Made by a program: the position numbers and the translations under genes. Below the pieces are notes generated by a model. It saw nothing but the letters and a program-made list of their open reading frames with translations. It was not told the origin of the DNA and made no database searches. This document shows positions 60,052 to 64,000 of a stretch of DNA of 64,000 bases, piece by piece. Source of the DNA: Candidatus Marinacidobacterium sp. (GTDB lineage: Bacteria; Acidobacteriota; Vicinamibacteria; Marinacidobacterales; Marinacidobacteraceae); NCBI GenBank assembly GCA_965204755.1, contig OZ242011.1, positions 2,336,001 through 2,400,000 of the forward strand, read 5' to 3'. Positions within the stretch are counted from its first letter, which is position 1. Every line of letters begins with the position of its first letter.

Positions 60052-60102
60052 GAGACCGGCGCGCGGCTCAGTCTTCTGGGCGGAGTTGCATCTAGGAGAG
60101 CC

Positions 60103-61809
60103 TCAGCGCCAGTCGGCGTGGTCCGGGCCCTTCCAGATTCCGAGGGCCTCGTCCGCGAGTCTTGTTCCGCGATCCGCGATCTCCTTCGGGCCCCAGGTGG
60201 CGTAGCGGTTGAAGTCCTCGTTGAGGCAGATCTTTGCCTTCGTGAGGAGTTTCTTCTTTTCCTCGTACGGGGCGTTGCCGAGGGCAGCGTTCACTTTGCC
60301 GGCGAGGAGCGCGAGGTTGCCGGGAGTGTTCACCCACTGACGGTGGAGAGCCTCCCAGTTGTCTCCGAGCACCTTCTGCCAAGCGAAGCACCTGGGGTTC
60401 TTCGCATCGGAGATGGACTTTGGCATCACATGCTCGACATGGATTCCCGGGGGTCCGTCTTGGACGGTGTAGCCGGCGGCTGTTTGGCGTGCACGCTCCA
60501 AGCCGCGCACAACGGCGTCCATGAAACTCGCCTTGGCGAACGAGTGCTCGACGAAGCGGTCACGAAACTCGTCATCCTCGGGCCAGTCTTCGGTGGCCAA
60601 ACGGCCTCGCAGCCAGCCGACGACCTGCGCATCTACCTTGAAGCCGAGATCGCAGAGTCCCGGGAGAGTGCGCCATTGGCGCCTGGAGTCGTGGTTACAG
60701 AGGTGCCCTCGAACCAAGTAACTGGCCAGCATGTCCAGGGCTCGGTCACGGTCGCTCTCAGAGATGAGGCCGGTTCCCTCCGCGTAGGCGTCCAAGACCG
60801 CCAGGGCGACGGGGAAGACGGCAGAAACGCCCGGTCGCCGGACGCGATCCAGCACATCGCGAAGCGATGGGTCCGCGGTCGTTCGACGCCCGCGGACCAA
60901 GAGATACCGCTCCTTGCGGGGTCGGAGGAGATCGGTAACTTCGGTGCCGGAGCGCTCGTCCATGGCCTTCTTGAATCGGCGATAGACCTTGGTCTTCGGG
61001 ATGTTTTTCTGTTCGTCGCAGGTCAGAAGATGCTGGAAGAAGGAATCGAACAGTGGCATGTCGAGAGTATTCGATCCCTTCTTCTCGAAGCCGCTCTCGA
61101 TGATCTGCCAATGGTCTTGATGGAACTGGTCTTGCGATTCCGGGCGCTCCTTCGCAAAGACATGGCTTCGGATCAGATCGGACTGACTCAACTGGACGCG
61201 CTTGGCGTTCAGATCTTCGAAGGCCTGAGTGATGGCGTCCGGAGTGTCGAGGACGACCCAGACGACCTGCAGCCTACGGAGAACCGCGCGGCCGATTTCG
61301 GTCGGCGAGAGAGTGTCGAGTCCCTTCAACTGTCGCAAGAAGTAGCGGTAGGCGCGGAGCATGTTGCTCGTGGTTCCGCGCACGCGCTCTCTGCGGGCGA
61401 TGTCCCGGTAGATGTGCGCATCGGTGTACCGCGGCACAAGTCGAGGCACATTGAACTCGGTGTTCCACACATTGGGGTGGAACTCTCGGCAGGCCTCCTC
61501 GTCCTCCTTGGCGATCGTGTCCCGTACGGCGCAGAGCAGGAGCGACAGGGTTGTCAAGCGCTGCTGGCCGTCCACGATCAGATAGGTGGGCAGTCCGGGG
61601 CGCAGGCTCTTGATCAGCGTGATGACGCCGATGAAGTGGAGGTCCCGATGATCGCGCTCGCAGGCTTTGACGACATCCTCCCAGATGCCTTCCCAATGCC
61701 CAGGCGTCCAGACGTACTCCCGCTGGTGCGGCGGAGTCTCGAAGTGCGCGTTCGTGGTCAACAAGCCGTCCACGGGCGTCGTGTGGGCATAGGTACCGAA
61801 GCCAGTCAT
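60103..61809 (-). CDS. GmrSD-family (DUF262 + DUF1524/HNH) nuclease
   Basis: HQREYVW, DGQQRLTT, FEDLN and EHVMP...GNLALL...N. Confidence 0.92.
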   Translation of the reverse strand: MTGFGTYAHTTPVDGLLTTNAHFETPPHQREYVWTPGHWEGIWEDVVKACERDHRDLHFIGVITLIKSLRPGLPTYLIVDGQQRLTTLSLLLCAVRDTIAKEDEEACREFHPNVWNTEFNVPRLVPRYTDAHIYRDIARRERVRGTTSNMLRAYRYFLRQLKGLDTLSPTEIGRAVLRRLQVVWVVLDTPDAITQAFEDLNAKRVQLSQSDLIRSHVFAKERPESQDQFHQDHWQIIESGFEKKGSNTLDMPLFDSFFQHLLTCDEQKNIPKTKVYRRFKKAMDERSGTEVTDLLRPRKERYLLVRGRRTTADPSLRDVLDRVRRPGVSAVFPVALAVLDAYAEGTGLISESDRDRALDMLASYLVRGHLCNHDSRRQWRTLPGLCDLGFKVDAQVVGWLRGRLATEDWPEDDEFRDRFVEHSFAKASFMDAVVRGLERARQTAAGYTVQDGPPGIHVEHVMPKSISDAKNPRCFAWQKVLGDNWEALHRQWVNTPGNLALLAGKVNAALGNAPYEEKKKLLTKAKICLNEDFNRYATWGPKEIADRGTRLADEALGIWKGPDHADWR

Positions 61810-61818
61810 GTGTGTTCC

Positions 61819-62853
61819 TTACGATGTGTTGTCTGATCGGAGGGGTTCTGAGAAGAGCGCTGCCGGGCGCCGAATGTCGGCTAGCCGCCGACCGGCGAAG
61901 GCGCAGTAGTCGGAGTGCTGCTCGATGCCGACCGACAGGCGGCCAGCGGACAAGGCCGCGGCGAGCGTCGTGCCGGATCCGGCGAAGGGATCGAGCACGA
62001 TGTCGCCGGGGAGCGAGAAGAGGTGGATGAACCAAGTCGGAAGGGCGAGTGGAAATGCGGCGGGATGTCCGGTGTTGGAGCACTCCGAGGCCAAGTGGAG
62101 GACATTCGTCGGATTGACTTGGCGCTTGCCCTGCCAGTTCTGGACACGGACGCCGGTTCCGCTCCCCGTGTTGGAGGTGCGGCGGGTCCGATCGTTCGTT
62201 CCGAGTTTCTCGAGGCGACTCGACGCCCATTCACCTATCGGTTGCTGCACGGCCTCCTGATACATCGAAAACGTGGGGCGGCAGTTGAATTGGAGGAGGC
62301 GTTCCCAACTATCGCGGAAGCGGTTCGGCCAGTGGCCCGGAGTGGAGTTCTTCTTGTGCCAGATGAATTCCTCCGTCCAGCACCAGCCGTCCTCCTGCAG
62401 GGCGAGGATGAGCCGGAGAACATAGGTGTGCCGCTGACGAGCGACGACACGCTCCTTGATGTTGAGGATGAAGGTGCCGTCGTTCCTCAGGACGCGCCGC
62501 AGATGGCGCGCCACCGGTACGAACCACTCCACATAGTCGTCCGGGTGCAGTCCGCCGTACTGCCGCCTCCGCGCGTCCGCGTAGGGCGGCGAGGTGACGA
62601 TCAACTGGACCGACCCGTCCGGGAGGTGCGGAAGCACCTCCTCACATTTACCCTCGATCAGCCACCAGCGGGTGGCTGCGAGGGCGTCCCTCAGGTCATC
62701 GTGGGAGACGGCGGTCGCGCGGCCATTCCACCGGCGCGTTCCGGCACGCGATCTGCTGGGGGGGGGGGGGGGGGGGGGGGGGGCACTTCGGGAGGCTGCG
62801 AGGGGGTTGGGACCATACACCCGCGACGCGCCGAAGGAGCAGAAGTCATCCAA
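61819..62853 (-). CDS. N4-C/N6-A DNA methyltransferase (beta class); start uncertain, and the frame crosses a C26 tract
   Basis: TSPPY, HPAAFP and DPFAGSGTT. Confidence 0.9.
   Translation of the reverse strand: MDDFCSFGASRVYGPNPLAASRSAPPPPPPPPSRSRAGTRRWNGRATAVSHDDLRDALAATRWWLIEGKCEEVLPHLPDGSVQLIVTSPPYADARRRQYGGLHPDDYVEWFVPVARHLRRVLRNDGTFILNIKERVVARQRHTYVLRLILALQEDGWCWTEEFIWHKKNSTPGHWPNRFRDSWERLLQFNCRPTFSMYQEAVQQPIGEWASSRLEKLGTNDRTRRTSNTGSGTGVRVQNWQGKRQVNPTNVLHLASECSNTGHPAAFPLALPTWFIHLFSLPGDIVLDPFAGSGTTLAAALSAGRLSVGIEQHSDYCAFAGRRLADIRRPAALFSEPLRSDNTS
62758..62783. repeat. G26 homopolymer
   Basis: 26 consecutive G residues in the 5' part of the MTase frame. Confidence 0.9.
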
Positions 62854-63036
62854 GCGGAGGAGCGGGTGCTGCCGCGCTGTCCGCCGAAGCCGTCGGGCGC
62901 GCCCGCAATATGGGTCAGAGCGAGCCCCTGGCTACACCCCTGGAGGGCGGCGTCGCATTGGGGAGCCGGCGAAAGGCTGGCTAGCGTTTTTCGGCGGGTC
63001 CTGTGAGAATGGACCGCATCGCGAGGAGGCCCGCCA

Positions 63037-63480
63037 ATGTGGGAGTTCGGTAATGGAAAGTGCGACGGGATCGGCCGGTTCGCCCCGAGGGCCGAGGGGG
63101 AACGGCCGACCGGCCCTCCCTACGGGTGGCGTTGCTATGAGTCCCCGGTTCGGGAATGGTGCGGGCGCCGCCTGTGCCAGGCGCACTGGGAGCGGGTGAC
63201 CGTTGACCTGCTCTACGCGGCCTATCTCGCGCTTCACTGGGCGTCGAGAGCACTGCAGGACGGCGCTGCCGACGCGGCTCAGCATGTCTACGACTCCTTG
63301 GACGACGATCCGGAGTACCAACTGCTCATGACGGAGGGAACCGCCGCCACCGACGCCGTGGCCCATGTCAACTACGAGTTGCGCCGGATCGAGCGTGAGC
63401 GGGAGGGCGAACCCCGGGCGACGAGCGACTCTCTCGGTGGATCGGAGCGGCCGGCCGGCGACGGAGACCGCGACCCGTAG
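63037..63480 (+). CDS. Hypothetical protein with a Cys/His cluster
   Basis: GAGGAGG 7 nt before the ATG; 147 aa; C...C-x4-C-x2-H cluster. Confidence 0.6.
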   Translation: MWEFGNGKCDGIGRFAPRAEGERPTGPPYGWRCYESPVREWCGRRLCQAHWERVTVDLLYAAYLALHWASRALQDGAADAAQHVYDSLDDDPEYQLLMTEGTAATDAVAHVNYELRRIEREREGEPRATSDSLGGSERPAGDGDRDP

Positions 63481-63541
63481 GAGGCGCAAGGTCCCGCCGC
63501 CCTATGGCGCGAGCGAGGATGCGGGCCGACATCCCCCTTCC

Positions 63542-64000
63542 ATGACCCTCACCGACGGTGTGCTCACCGCCTACTTCGTCGTCCTCCTGCTGCTCGCCGG
63601 GTACGGCTCGCACCGGTTCCGGCTGCTGTTCGCCCTCCGCCGGCGGGCGCAGGCGGCGGCCGAGGCCGTGCGCCAGGCCGGCGAACGCGGCCTCCCGGAG
63701 TTCGAGGCGGATCCCCCGACCGTCCTCGTCCAACTCCCCGTCTTCAACGAGCGGCATGTGGTGGCGCGGCTGGTCCGGGCGGCGGCGGCGCTGGACTACC
63801 CGCGGGACCGGCTCTCCATCCAGGTCCTCGACGACTCCACCGACGACACCGGAGAAATCGCCGAAGCGGCCCTCCGCGAAGCGGCCGCCGCCGGGGTCGC
63901 CATCGAGCGGGTCCACCGCGACCGGCGCGACGGGTTCAAGGCGGGGGCGCTGGCCGCCGGGCTCGACGCCTCGCCCGCCGCCGCCAATGCCCGTTTCGTC
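63542..64000 (+). CDS. Glycosyltransferase family 2 (cellulose-synthase-like), 3'-truncated by the window edge
   Basis: My translation gives an N-terminal TM segment, then VQLPVFNE, LDYP, IQVLDDSTD and GFKAGAL. Confidence 0.9.
   Translation, partial: MTLTDGVLTAYFVVLLLLAGYGSHRFRLLFALRRRAQAAAEAVRQAGERGLPEFEADPPTVLVQLPVFNERHVVARLVRAAAALDYPRDRLSIQVLDDSTDDTGEIAEAALREAAAAGVAIERVHRDRRDGFKAGALAAGLDASPAAANARFV

Overview
A high-GC bacterial chromosomal window, probably from Acidobacteriota (inferred from an ADOP-type duplicated permease and a DUF5916 protein). Housekeeping and metabolic genes include uvrA, trmB, proS, folC, accD, a rhomboid protease, aminopeptidase P, a NatAB-type ABC exporter, a DyP peroxidase and an aquaporin. 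About ten small defence or selfish cassettes are interleaved with them: SNF2 helicase/unknown/P-loop ATPase; an IS1634-family element with an exact 200-bp flanking duplication; an orphan RelB/DinJ antitoxin; a Mad3/Mad4-like ATPase-TOPRIM pair; a DUF4143 ATPase behind a ~23-bp-phased motif array; a type II R-M pair; HEPN-MNT plus McrBC; an NYN nuclease; a C5-MTase with a GHKL-nuclease; and an MTase-GmrSD operon carrying a G26 tract. The best candidate for a novel system is a stand-alone ~1,500-aa reverse transcriptase-nitrilase fusion (UG/DRT-like, with an FADD motif). Resident genes appear to avoid AGCT and ACGT in favour of their C-to-T products. No rRNA, tRNA or CRISPR array was seen. All family calls come from motif recognition by eye, not from database searches.
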